Origin: a virus | Virus record (IMG/VR): IMGVR_UViG_3300032116_000065 | Coordinates: 1 to 64,000 of that record | Length of the DNA stretch: 64,000 bases | Strand: one strand, 5' to 3' | Shown here: positions 25,282 to 35,185 of the stretch, in pieces | Position numbering within the stretch: the stretch's first letter is position 1 | Layout of the letters: the number at the start of each line of letters is the position of its first letter | Position numbers and translations under genes: made by a program | Notes under the pieces: model-generated | Databases searched by the model: none | Told to the model about the DNA's origin: nothing | Seen by the model: the letters and a program-made list of their open reading frames with translations, nothing else

Positions 25282-27518
25282 TACTTGTACTGTTCTTCGA
25301 TCATTTTTTTATAAGTGTCTGTGTTTCCTTTTTCAAGGAAATATGCGCCACGGGCATTGTCCTTAATAATAACACCTTTGTAGATGTCTTCTGGTCTATA
25401 GAACGGTACATCTGGAATTCTTTGTGTTAGATATGAACTTACATCTGCATCTACTGCAATTGCTGATACAATGCCTGATTGATCAGCGTCCATGTAGTTT
25501 GCATTAATCGCATCTTGTTGCTCTTTATTAGCAGCAACTACTTGCTCTGCACGAACCTCAGCGTCACTCTTTTCTTCTATTGGCTTGATAATTCCAAGGA
25601 ATTCAAGACTCATCGCATTTGGCGCTTGATTAAATGTATTAGCCATTGCTAATGCTGGATCAACCATCGCTGTTGTTACTTCTGCGTCTTTGCTTGACTC
25701 ATCATCAAATGCACTTTGGTCTGCTGTGGCGCGACTGGCTTCCACAACTGCAAGTGCCTCATCTGTTTCTACAATATCAACAGTTGGACCACGAACAAAT
25801 GATTCAGCAAGCATCTCAGCTTCTTGTTCAATTTGGCTTGTTGTTTCACTTGTTGCAAACTCAACTGTTTGCCCCATATCTGTTTGCACTTCTGCGCCAG
25901 AATCAGCAACCACTGTTTCTTGTTGTGTTACATCTTCTGATACAGAAGCACCAACCTGTGTTTCTGTTGTCTGCTGTTCGGTCACGCTTTGAGCAGATAT
26001 ATCAGTTGATTGCGTTTCCGTGGACACTGCGGCAGTAGATTGAGTTGTAACTGATGCTTCGCTTGAGAATGTTGCAATTGATTCAGCTTCTCTTGAAGAA
26101 TCATTAGATGCAGCATCACTTGCAGCTAAAGTTTCTGATAATGCTTGTTGACCTATTTGTCTACCAGTCTCAAGGACATCTAATCCAGTATCGGATACGG
26201 ATGAACTTTCTTCTTTTTGTTCTGTGAAGACATCTGCAGCTGCTACTATTTCGGTTGACTCAGCTACACTTGATTGATCATTAGATGATCTGGTTGTTGT
26301 AGTAGTTGCTGCACTTTCTGTAGTAGGACCACTAGCAGCATTGGTAGTTGATGAACTAACTTCTGATGCAATTGTAAGGGCATTTTGTAATACATCTTTA
26401 GAAATTGCGTCAGCAAGAATCTGAGCCTTTTCTTCATCAGTTAGTTCTCTATAAGTTGCAACAACTGCTGGCTCTGCTAGATCTTCTGCTACATCCTCAA
26501 CCAGTAAGATTTCTTCTTCATCAGTTTCTTCAGCAAGCATTTCTTCTAGGTCTTGGTCAAGAAGTTCTTCAGTTGCTTCTTCATCAGCAACATATATTTC
26601 TTCTTCCTCTTCCTCAACATATTCAGAGCCATCATCTGAACCATCATCACTTCCATCGTCAACTAGTTCTTCAAGTTCTTCTTGAGTCGCTTCCTGTTCT
26701 TCAATAGCAGCTAAAATTTCTTCTGGGTCGGTGTAGTCAGTTACACCATCGTCAATACCAATAGTATCAATCACACAAGAAGGGTCGTATGGATTTGTGG
26801 TACAATCAGGGGCTGTTGATATTGGAACAATCTCTGATGACTGCACAAAGTATGTTGTGTTTTGTAAAGATGATGGATTGTTGCCCCAATAAAATTGAGT
26901 AAATTCTGTGGCAGTGTCGCCCTGAAAACCAGAGGTAAATGTTCTACCTGTTGCCATTGTATAATCAAACGAACCGTAATTTATAGAAAAACTACTATCA
27001 GCAAATAACCTAATTTCAAAATCAAACTTATTTGGTGAACCTAATTCATCAACGCCATACCAACCAACAGTGAATGAATTTCCTGTAGACTTATAATACG
27101 GATTGCCTGGATTATTAAAATCAGCAAGATCTGACCACATAGCAAAAATGCTATTGTTTAAATTATAGTATGATTGATTAGATAAAAATGGCAATTCATT
27201 ACCACTGCAGCAACCATTGGCATTGCTGGTAAAACTTATCAATCCATTTTGCGAGATATAAACTGAATCAAACAAACTACCAAAAAAGTAAAAATCAAAT
27301 TGTAAGTCAATTGGTTGGAAAGTAGAACCATCATCATACAATGTTAATGGTATTCCAATTGAGTTTTGATTGATATTTTGTAATGGTGTTTGTGATTGCG
27401 TAACAGTATATGTCTGTTCAACCGTAGGATCATATATAGGGGGCGGTGGTGGCGGAGTGTACTCCTGCGCGAACGCAGGAGCCACCGCCAATAGTAGTAG
27501 AGCGAGAAGTCGCTTCAT
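25281..27518 (-). CDS. large secreted protein: nidogen(NIDO)-like domain plus long acidic/Ser-Thr region
   Basis: Signal peptide, FDFYFFG..FDSVYISQNGLISF...IFAMWSDL, CxxxPxDPxC, E/D-rich linker. Confidence 0.75.
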   Translation of the reverse strand: MKRLLALLLLAVAPAFAQEYTPPPPPPIYDPTVEQTYTVTQSQTPLQNINQNSIGIPLTLYDDGSTFQPIDLQFDFYFFGSLFDSVYISQNGLISFTSNANGCCSGNELPFLSNQSYYNLNNSIFAMWSDLADFNNPGNPYYKSTGNSFTVGWYGVDELGSPNKFDFEIRLFADSSFSINYGSFDYTMATGRTFTSGFQGDTATEFTQFYWGNNPSSLQNTTYFVQSSEIVPISTAPDCTTNPYDPSCVIDTIGIDDGVTDYTDPEEILAAIEEQEATQEELEELVDDGSDDGSDDGSEYVEEEEEEIYVADEEATEELLDQDLEEMLAEETDEEEILLVEDVAEDLAEPAVVATYRELTDEEKAQILADAISKDVLQNALTIASEVSSSTTNAASGPTTESAATTTTTRSSNDQSSVAESTEIVAAADVFTEQKEESSSVSDTGLDVLETGRQIGQQALSETLAASDAASNDSSREAESIATFSSEASVTTQSTAAVSTETQSTDISAQSVTEQQTTETQVGASVSEDVTQQETVVADSGAEVQTDMGQTVEFATSETTSQIEQEAEMLAESFVRGPTVDIVETDEALAVVEASRATADQSAFDDESSKDAEVTTAMVDPALAMANTFNQAPNAMSLEFLGIIKPIEEKSDAEVRAEQVVAANKEQQDAINANYMDADQSGIVSAIAVDADVSSYLTQRIPDVPFYRPEDIYKGVIIKDNARGAYFLEKGNTDTYKKMIEEQYK

Positions 27519-28984
27519 CAGCCACCTACGGAGGCTACTGGAAGTTCTTCAGATGTTTCTTGCTCTTTCTTTTCCCAGAATTTCCACCACTTCTTCTTGA
27601 AGTCTGGTCTTTCTTCCTTATTACCTGTCCACTCTGTTGTTGCTTCCTTACCGATCTTACCCATGTATGGGCAAGGTGTTCCAGCCATTTCCATAGCCTT
27701 GAACACTCTTTCGTCTTGGCACATTAGTGACACAGCAGCAACCTTCATACCCATGTCGTATAGAGTCTTGGAAAGTTTCAATCTTTCGCAATTCATATCA
27801 CGAACTGCCTTACCAGCAGAGACACCGAACACTTGAGTTTGAACAGCGCCAGAAACGCCTGATACACAGACGTCCTGGCTATATGTTGAGATCATTGGAG
27901 CAATAGCAGAAGCAGGAGGTGCTTTGATTGTTGTTTCTGATTTGGTGATATTTTCATTACGATTAATGTTAGTATTTGTGTTATCTGTCTTTACACTTGA
28001 TTGGCTTGTGCTTTCTGATTTGTTTACATTCTCGTTCTTATTAACAGCAGTTGATGTGCTCACATTTACATTGTTATTATTATTTGTGGCAACAGAAGTG
28101 CTGTCGTTCTTATTCACATTTGTGTTAGTTGAAGTAGAGACATTGTTGTTGTTATTTGTGTTGGTTGATGTAGAGACATTATTGTTATTGTTAGTATTTG
28201 TTGAATTGATATTTGTGTTGTTGTTATTATTGTTATTATAAGTTACCTCACCAGACAAATTGTTATTATTGTTATTTGTGTTTGTTGAGGTTGATGTGCT
28301 CACATTGACATTGTTGTTATTATTAGTATTATTAGATGTCGTTGTGTTCACATTGTTATTATTATTTGTATTTACAGATGTGGTGTTATTTGTATTCTGG
28401 TTGATATTAGTCAATGTACCAGACTGAATGTTATTGTTCGTATTCACATTCGTGTTGTTATTCGTATTTGTAGCCGTAGAAGTCGAAGTATTCACATTGT
28501 TATTATTATTTGTCAAAGTACCAGACTGAATGTTATTATTCGTATTCACATTCGTGTTTGTATTTGTACTGTTCACCACCGAATTGTTATTATTCGTATT
28601 TGTAGCGGTGCTAGTAGAGGTATTATTGTTGTTGTAGTTTACTGTACCACTATTAATGTTATTATTCGTATTCACATTGGTATTGGTATTCGTAGAGGTC
28701 GAAGTCGAAGTGTTTGTGTTCACATTCGTATTCGTATTATCAGAAGTCGAAGTAGAAGTTGAAGTATTCGTATTCTGATTAATATTAGTTGCAGTACCAG
28801 ACTGAATGTTATTATTCGTATTCACATTCGTGTTGGTATTGTCCGATGTCGATGTGGAAGTCGATGTTGAATTTGTTGTCGTATTGACATCGGAGGTCGT
28901 ATTGACCGTAGAAACTGTTGTAGTCTGGGCGAATGCCTGTGTTGCGCCTACTGCGAATAGTAGCGCAAGAAGTAACTTCTTCAT
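27518..28984 (-). CDS. secreted Asn/Thr-rich repeat protein with C-terminal Cys-containing domain
   Basis: Signal peptide, about 330 aa of N/T/S/V repeats, APPASAIAP...CERLKL...GTPCP. Confidence 0.85.
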   Translation of the reverse strand: MKKLLLALLFAVGATQAFAQTTTVSTVNTTSDVNTTTNSTSTSTSTSDNTNTNVNTNNNIQSGTATNINQNTNTSTSTSTSDNTNTNVNTNTSTSTSTNTNTNVNTNNNINSGTVNYNNNNTSTSTATNTNNNNSVVNSTNTNTNVNTNNNIQSGTLTNNNNNVNTSTSTATNTNNNTNVNTNNNIQSGTLTNINQNTNNTTSVNTNNNNNVNTTTSNNTNNNNNVNVSTSTSTNTNNNNNNLSGEVTYNNNNNNNTNINSTNTNNNNNVSTSTNTNNNNNVSTSTNTNVNKNDSTSVATNNNNNVNVSTSTAVNKNENVNKSESTSQSSVKTDNTNTNINRNENITKSETTIKAPPASAIAPMISTYSQDVCVSGVSGAVQTQVFGVSAGKAVRDMNCERLKLSKTLYDMGMKVAAVSLMCQDERVFKAMEMAGTPCPYMGKIGKEATTEWTGNKEERPDFKKKWWKFWEKKEQETSEELPVASVGG

Positions 28985-29096
28985 TTGAACTCCTGAATGG
29001 GTTTGTAGATATCAAATCCATACTGCCTTCAACACTAGGAAGGCGAATCTCAGCAGTTTAAATGATCAATTCAAGTCTATCTTTTGTTTTATTTAG
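28985..29096 (-). promoter_or_regulatory. late-type promoter (CTAAATA) and structured 5' leader
   Basis: T4-late-like -10; hairpins GCCTTC/GAAGGC and TTGAATT/AGTTCAA. Confidence 0.5.
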
Positions 29097-29100
29097 TTAT

Positions 29101-30513
29101 TTAGTAGATCTCACGCCACTGCAAGGCTGCACCGACTGATGCAATCTGATTTCCTGCTGTGGTAATTGTTCTAACCACGACTACATAAACTTCTGAATCT
29201 GTTGAGTCAAAGTTCTGAACAATGATATTTTTCTTTGCCGCAGTCAATGCGCCTGATGCAACTGGAGAGAGGGAGTTCTGCGATGCGCCAGCAGGTACAA
29301 ATCCTGTAGCAAATGACTCACCATTAGTAATGGTATCTGCATTGATACAGTACTCAACACCGCTTGATGGTGAAGCAGAAGTCCAAACAAGAGCACCAGT
29401 GTTATTTGCAAGGAAAGATGTATTTGCAAGTTTACGCACTTCGTAAACGATACTATTTGTTTCAGCATGCAGAGCAATTTGATTTAAACGAACGCTGATT
29501 CGATTTGGAAATCCTTGGAAATCATTTTTAAGTCGAATTGCAACTAATGGAAGTTCAGTTGCCGAAGGTGTTGCAGTTGATCGATTATTTGCAGTGATTG
29601 CAAAATCAATACCTGATTCAATATAACCGCCTTCGCTTGCGACAGTAGAACAAATCTGATCCATTGATCCACCTGTTCCTGCTCCAGTATTGCGAATCTC
29701 ACAGCGAACTGGAAGGTTTGGGTTTGCGATATAAACCTCATCAAGAACATTTGAGTGGAGGTACTCATGAGCAATAATTACTTTACCATTATGAACAAAT
29801 CCGCAACGAACACGACCAACACCAAGCCACTGAAAATCTGTATAGGTTAATTGAGTTTTGGTGATGTCTAGATTAAATCCGCTCAATCCTGTTCCATCGC
29901 ATTTATCTACATTCCAATCTGATTGTGGAACACGACGTTGGTAAGTATAAGGCACACCATTAATTGTTGTAACTACATTGGATTCATTTGCTGTATTGCC
30001 AGTATATGAGCGAATAACCCAGTTGAGTGTCTGTGTTGTATTTGCAACTAGATTTCCATTTGCTGTATTGCTACCCACTTGTTCGAAGTAGATACCATCG
30101 CGATCATCGAAATATCCAGTTCTTTTCGTTACATTTCGATCTGGTGCACCAAAATTGAAAGAAGAAAAGATTAATTGACTCTTTCCTGGTTGATAGTGGT
30201 GATAAAATTTAGTCTGGTGAATTGCATAAGCAGAAGAATTACTATTTGTAGAGAGTGTTGCTTGTGCTTTATTCATCTCAAATGTAACTGAGCCATTTGA
30301 AGTGACATCCAAAAAGTTTGGATCGATTGCAAAGAGATGCTTATAATCACCGAGCGTGAACAATTCAGAAACACGAGTGCGACCAAACGCATCTGGTGAA
30401 ATACCTTTAACTTCTAGTCCGTCACCAACGGCTGTTACAGGAAACGGATTACTTGTCGCAACAATCGTATTTGCGTTCAGAACATTGACATTTTTATTAT
30501 ACAAATAAGTCAT
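29101..30513 (-). CDS. beta-rich putative structural protein (start MTYLY)
   Basis: DAFGRTRVS, YQPGKS, DFQWLGVGRVRCGF; TAATG coupling. Confidence 0.75.
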   Translation of the reverse strand: MTYLYNKNVNVLNANTIVATSNPFPVTAVGDGLEVKGISPDAFGRTRVSELFTLGDYKHLFAIDPNFLDVTSNGSVTFEMNKAQATLSTNSNSSAYAIHQTKFYHHYQPGKSQLIFSSFNFGAPDRNVTKRTGYFDDRDGIYFEQVGSNTANGNLVANTTQTLNWVIRSYTGNTANESNVVTTINGVPYTYQRRVPQSDWNVDKCDGTGLSGFNLDITKTQLTYTDFQWLGVGRVRCGFVHNGKVIIAHEYLHSNVLDEVYIANPNLPVRCEIRNTGAGTGGSMDQICSTVASEGGYIESGIDFAITANNRSTATPSATELPLVAIRLKNDFQGFPNRISVRLNQIALHAETNSIVYEVRKLANTSFLANNTGALVWTSASPSSGVEYCINADTITNGESFATGFVPAGASQNSLSPVASGALTAAKKNIIVQNFDSTDSEVYVVVVRTITTAGNQIASVGAALQWREIY

Positions 30514-31310
30514 TAGATAATTCTCCAATAATCACCACGGAATAGCATGTGCAATGCTCCGTTGTTGACTGCTAATATGGCTCCGTTTGCATCGTTGTCG
30601 ATCGGACCAGAGATAGTAATATTATGCGTTTCACAGTTTCCTGATTCGTCTTTGATCACAATCTCACGACCAGAATCTGGAACAGATGGAATGACAATCG
30701 TGACAGGACCAGCATGATTCACACCAATATAATAGTCATTGTCCTGGACTGTATATGTGTTCGTTGTTACAAGAGTTGTATTGTGAATCACATCGAACGG
30801 ATTGATTTCGTCCATGACGAACATACCATTCATATATTTCATATAACGACCGTTTGCTACAGTTGATTTGTCCAAGTCATCCTGATCAATAATTCTTACA
30901 GCACCAGTTCCGCCGCTTCCCCACGAAAGTGTATTGACTTTCTGTAATAAATCCATTACAGTTTTTCGTAAAGCCTCAAACTCTTTATCCATCAATGCAG
31001 TTGCTAATGGTGGCTTTTTCGTATTTGAAACTGTGTCGAGATAATTAGCGACCTGCTGAACTTTATAATCTTCGGGTAGTTGTAGATTAGTCTCAGCAGG
31101 TTTTGCTGGAATTGATTCAATTTCAGTAAGCAAATCTTCTTTGAGGATTGGAATCTTTTCTTCAGCGATGACTTCTTGTTTTGGTTCACCAAAAAGAGCA
31201 GCAGCAAGTTTTTCTTCGCGATCAACAGACTCAATCAATGCTTGATCAACTGGCTGGCCAAACATGCGAGCCATTTTTACCAACAATTTCTTTTCTTCAA
31301 GTGTTTTCAT
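30513..31310 (-). CDS. hypothetical, probably tail-associated protein
   Basis: GSGGTGAV linker and C-terminal DYYIGVN...IKDESG domain. Confidence 0.75.
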   Translation of the reverse strand: MKTLEEKKLLVKMARMFGQPVDQALIESVDREEKLAAALFGEPKQEVIAEEKIPILKEDLLTEIESIPAKPAETNLQLPEDYKVQQVANYLDTVSNTKKPPLATALMDKEFEALRKTVMDLLQKVNTLSWGSGGTGAVRIIDQDDLDKSTVANGRYMKYMNGMFVMDEINPFDVIHNTTLVTTNTYTVQDNDYYIGVNHAGPVTIVIPSVPDSGREIVIKDESGNCETHNITISGPIDNDANGAILAVNNGALHMLFRGDYWRII

Positions 31311-31331
31311 TAGAAGTAAATGATCAAGTAT

Positions 31332-32936
31332 TTACGAAGAAATTGTACTAATTAGGACAAATTTTCCATTACCACCATACGTTGAATTTACAACGCTGTA
31401 AGAAGCTCCAGTGCCACCTATTCCTGCATTTGCGCATCTAGAGTCTGTATTATTGCCAGGATTAAATTGATATCCAGTATATAGTGTGGTTTGGCTGGTA
31501 TATGTTGGATGTGCATAACCGCTTCCTCCGCCACCTCCACCAATTATGTCCCCAGAATTTTGCCCTGCACCTCCACCATAATAACCAGATCCACCTCCTC
31601 CAGAAACTAATGCATCGTTAGGTGCAGCACTAGTGCCATATCCTCCAGTTAATGCACCTCCTGGCGTGTCAAATGAATTAGGATTCGGAAGATATCCACC
31701 TGCATTTTGTGTTCCGCCAGTGCCTGCGTATACTGATGTATTACTGCCGTTCCAAGTGCCGTTTTCTCCATTTGCGCCACCACCAGCACCACCAACGCAT
31801 ATTACACTTGGTCCACTATTTCTATGGAGACCTGCTCCTCCACCACCACCTGCAATTAAAACTGAATTTGCATGTGTTTCAGTTCCTCTAAATATACCAG
31901 TGTATGCTCCACCACCACCACAACCCCAATTACCATCATCAGTAATTGCTCCACCACCACCAGCAACACCACCACCGAAAAGCACAGTCGCTTGATTTGC
32001 GCCTCGACCACCTTCTCCAACTCTAATCGTATATGATACACCACTAGTTAGAGTTACTAATCCTTTCGCGCAGCCACCACCACCGCCTCTCATATTTCTA
32101 TGAGGAACTGTTGAACTGTCTCCACTTCCTGTTGCTCCTCCGCCACCAGCACCCCACATAATAATATTTGCTGTTAAATCGCTAGAAGTGCTTATTGTCC
32201 AAGTTCCATTTGATGTTAATGTCAATTCGCCATCTATAGATGGATCCCAGGTTGATTTCCCGTTTACTGATGGTGTGATGGAAAATGAAAGATTTCCACT
32301 TGATGCGTTTATACTAAATGCTTTGGATGATTTTTGTAATTCTAAATCTGTTGCAGTTACTGTGAAGTTATAAGTTGTTTCCACTCCAGGTGGTGATGTA
32401 AGAGTTCCACTGAGCAATCCATTCGCAGCAAGTGATAGTCCTGATGGTAGTGAGCTGCCGTCTTGTAGTGCATAACTCACTGTTGAGTCGCTCGTGGCAA
32501 CTAATGATCGTGATAGTGCACTTGACGCACCCCAAGAAGTCAATGGTGATTCAGTTACCCAAACAGGTCCTGCCGACACTACCATTCCAGGAACCACAAC
32601 TGCTGTTCCACCGTCTGGATTGACGACGTATAGTGGATAGGTTGTTCCAGTAGAAAGTGCTGGTGTTGTAAATGAGAGTGATGTTGAGTTTGTTCTTGAC
32701 ACGGAAGGAACAGCAGCACCGTTCACATAAATCTGCACACCAGCATCGAATCCTGTTCCTGTAAGAACAATCGATTCGTTGCCTGTATTTACAGTTGCTG
32801 TTGCGCTGTTTGGATAAGTGATTGTTGTGACTTTCGGACCACCACCAGCAGAAATCTGAGACACGACAGTTGTTGTCAACTGTGTTGTTGTAATCGTGTT
32901 TGCTGTGATATAACTACCGTCTAATTTGCGTGCCAT
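31332..32936 (-). CDS. fibre-tip/adhesin: anchor peptide + IPT/TIG + Ig-like + glycine-rich domain
   Basis: Shared N-terminal motif, LPSGLSLAANG, WGAGGGG repeats. Confidence 0.8.
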   Translation of the reverse strand: MARKLDGSYITANTITTTQLTTTVVSQISAGGGPKVTTITYPNSATATVNTGNESIVLTGTGFDAGVQIYVNGAAVPSVSRTNSTSLSFTTPALSTGTTYPLYVVNPDGGTAVVVPGMVVSAGPVWVTESPLTSWGASSALSRSLVATSDSTVSYALQDGSSLPSGLSLAANGLLSGTLTSPPGVETTYNFTVTATDLELQKSSKAFSINASSGNLSFSITPSVNGKSTWDPSIDGELTLTSNGTWTISTSSDLTANIIMWGAGGGGATGSGDSSTVPHRNMRGGGGGCAKGLVTLTSGVSYTIRVGEGGRGANQATVLFGGGVAGGGGAITDDGNWGCGGGGAYTGIFRGTETHANSVLIAGGGGGAGLHRNSGPSVICVGGAGGGANGENGTWNGSNTSVYAGTGGTQNAGGYLPNPNSFDTPGGALTGGYGTSAAPNDALVSGGGGSGYYGGGAGQNSGDIIGGGGGGSGYAHPTYTSQTTLYTGYQFNPGNNTDSRCANAGIGGTGASYSVVNSTYGGNGKFVLISTISS

Positions 32937-32948
32937 TTTCTTTTCCGA

Positions 32949-34655
32949 TTATCCGTTGAGTTTGATAATAACAATACCAGAGCCGCCAGACCCACCATAA
33001 GAGGTGAAAGAAGCATCACCACCTGCACCGCCACCACCACCACCAGTGTTTGTTGTTCCAGATGTACCATTCGAATTGGCAGGTGCTCTTGGTGCGCCAG
33101 CTCCCCCTCCTCCTGTTCCGCCAGAACCAGCAATATCACCAAATTGGGTTCTGCTTGTACCTGCTCCCCCGCCGCCAGCATAAGTTAATGTTATTCCTGT
33201 GATAGAAGACACAGCTCCACTACCACCATTACCATTTGAACCTGCTTGCGCGTTTTGACCAGCAGCTCCTGCGCCACCACCACCACCGCCATTAGCGCGG
33301 AAGTTTGGATAATCGCCAGTAAGAGCGTTTCCTCCATTATTTCCTTGTGATGGTGACACGCTCGGTGTATTACCAAGCCCACCATTACCACCACCATCAC
33401 CGTGACCACCACCACCAGAACCACCATCTGCAGCACCAACATTTGAAGGACCTCTAACACCACCTTTGCCGCCACCTGCGGAAGTTATAGTAGCAAAAAT
33501 TGAAGAAGATCCATTAGAAGCTCCTAAACCTGTATTAATTCCTGCTCCACCAGCACCAACTGTAACTGTGTAGGTGTTTCCTGCAGTTACTGAGAAATTT
33601 GCACCAACTCTAAATCCACCAGCACCACCACCACCACCGCTGGTGTATCCTCCTCCAGATCCTCCTCCACCAATAACTAGATACTCAACAGAAGTGACGC
33701 CTTCTGGACATTTCCATTCTGTTGTTGAATTGAAAACTTGAATACCAAAATTTGGCATTACATATTTAAGAATTACAATACCAGAACCACCAGATCCACC
33801 TGTTCCAGAATTAGAACCACCACCTCCACCACTACCAGTGTTTGGAGATGCTGCGGTATTTACTGCACCTGCGCCACCTGATCCAGCTGATCCAGCTGAT
33901 CCACCATAACCACCAACTCCACCAGCACCACCACCTGCATAGGTTACGCTAGAACCAGATAAACTTGACGCTGTTCCATTTCCACCATTTCCACCAACAG
34001 AAGTTGTTCCGTTTGTACCAACAGCACCTGATCCACCACCACCGCCACCACCATATGCTGGTGCACCATACGTTGAATTACCACCATTATTTCCTTGAGA
34101 CGGGTTTACAGATGGTATATTACCAGAACCACCTGTTTTTCCTGAGTTTGGATTAGATGCAACTCCTGCACCACCACCAGATCCTCCATTTCTACCATCA
34201 GAATCTACTCCACCATTTTTACCACATCCGCCGCCACCACCGCCAGCAGAAGTAATAGTATCAAATACAGAACTAGATCCATTAGATCCTGCAACAGTTG
34301 AACCGCTTGGAGTGCCAGTTCCACCGTTTCCACCAGCACCAACAGTGATTGTATAAGTGTTTCCAGCAGTCACTGGAAATGCAGTTCCTGTTCTAAATCC
34401 GCCAGCACCGCCACCACCTGCTCCAATGTCACTTGCACCACCACCTCCTCCACCACCAGCAATGACAAGATACTCAACCTCAGTGACACCTGTTGGACAT
34501 GTCCATGATCCAGATTGTTTAAATGTAAGTACAACAGTTTTTGGCGAAGGGTAATTCCATACTGGATTTACAACCTGTCGTGTGCGCGAAAGCACATGAG
34601 TTGGATTCAACCCACGATTTCCAATCGTTATAAGTGAACCAATCTTAAATCCCAT
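32949..34655 (-). CDS. adhesin-like protein with two glycine-rich domains
   Basis: Two VEYLVI.GGG...GSGIVI units. Confidence 0.85.
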   Translation of the reverse strand: MGFKIGSLITIGNRGLNPTHVLSRTRQVVNPVWNYPSPKTVVLTFKQSGSWTCPTGVTEVEYLVIAGGGGGGGASDIGAGGGGAGGFRTGTAFPVTAGNTYTITVGAGGNGGTGTPSGSTVAGSNGSSSVFDTITSAGGGGGGCGKNGGVDSDGRNGGSGGGAGVASNPNSGKTGGSGNIPSVNPSQGNNGGNSTYGAPAYGGGGGGGSGAVGTNGTTSVGGNGGNGTASSLSGSSVTYAGGGAGGVGGYGGSAGSAGSGGAGAVNTAASPNTGSGGGGGSNSGTGGSGGSGIVILKYVMPNFGIQVFNSTTEWKCPEGVTSVEYLVIGGGGSGGGYTSGGGGGAGGFRVGANFSVTAGNTYTVTVGAGGAGINTGLGASNGSSSIFATITSAGGGKGGVRGPSNVGAADGGSGGGGHGDGGGNGGLGNTPSVSPSQGNNGGNALTGDYPNFRANGGGGGGAGAAGQNAQAGSNGNGGSGAVSSITGITLTYAGGGGAGTSRTQFGDIAGSGGTGGGGAGAPRAPANSNGTSGTTNTGGGGGGAGGDASFTSYGGSGGSGIVIIKLNG

Positions 34656-34987
34656 TAGGTGATCTCTGTTCCGAATACGCTAAATGAAAGATTTGAGTTT
34701 GAAGTATATACAGAAATTACATCCGTGTTTCCAAGTGTAATTCCTAATGACAATGCAACAGTATCTAGTGCAGCAATCGGAGCATCATATGCAAGGTAAT
34801 GCTGATTGGCTAGAGCAGCCCCCGCCTGTTGTGCTGCAACACGATAAGTGCAATTTGATCCATTATTTCTATTTACAATCACTATAGAGGAAACAACTGT
34901 CTGTGTTGCTGCAGGAACAGTATATACGTTATGTGTGGTGTTTGCAGTTGCTGCAACCTGACCAAGAATTTTATATGTTTCTGGCAT
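34655..34987 (-). CDS. about 110-aa adaptor-like protein (paralog of 56215-56547)
   Basis: TYKILGQ...YTVPAATQ...FG.EIT. Confidence 0.8.
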   Translation of the reverse strand: MPETYKILGQVAATANTTHNVYTVPAATQTVVSSIVIVNRNNGSNCTYRVAAQQAGAALANQHYLAYDAPIAALDTVALSLGITLGNTDVISVYTSNSNLSFSVFGTEIT

Positions 34988-34988
34988 T

Positions 34989-35183
34989 TTATAGTCCTGT
35001 TAAAAACGATTTAGCAAAGCCACCAGAAGCACTAGCGGCTGAAGTGTTTGCAGTGTTTGCTTGAGCATATGCAGCATTTGCTGCTGCGAGTGCTGCATAT
35101 ACTTGACTCCATGCATTAGCGTTCATTTGAGTTGTGGTGACTGTATTCGCTTGAATCGCACCGCCTTTGAGTTTACGAGCCAT
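34989..35183 (-). CDS. short stalk protein: anchor peptide + ANAAYAQAN coil + hydrophobic tail
   Basis: Paralog of 43721-43912. Confidence 0.75.
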   Translation of the reverse strand: MARKLKGGAIQANTVTTTQMNANAWSQVYAALAAANAAYAQANTANTSAASASGGFAKSFLTGL

Positions 35184-35185
35184 GA

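Noticed and set aside
27930-28920. CRISPR array or DNA tandem repeat
   Set aside because: The repeats are degenerate, in frame and protein-level, with no repeat-spacer periodicity or cas genes
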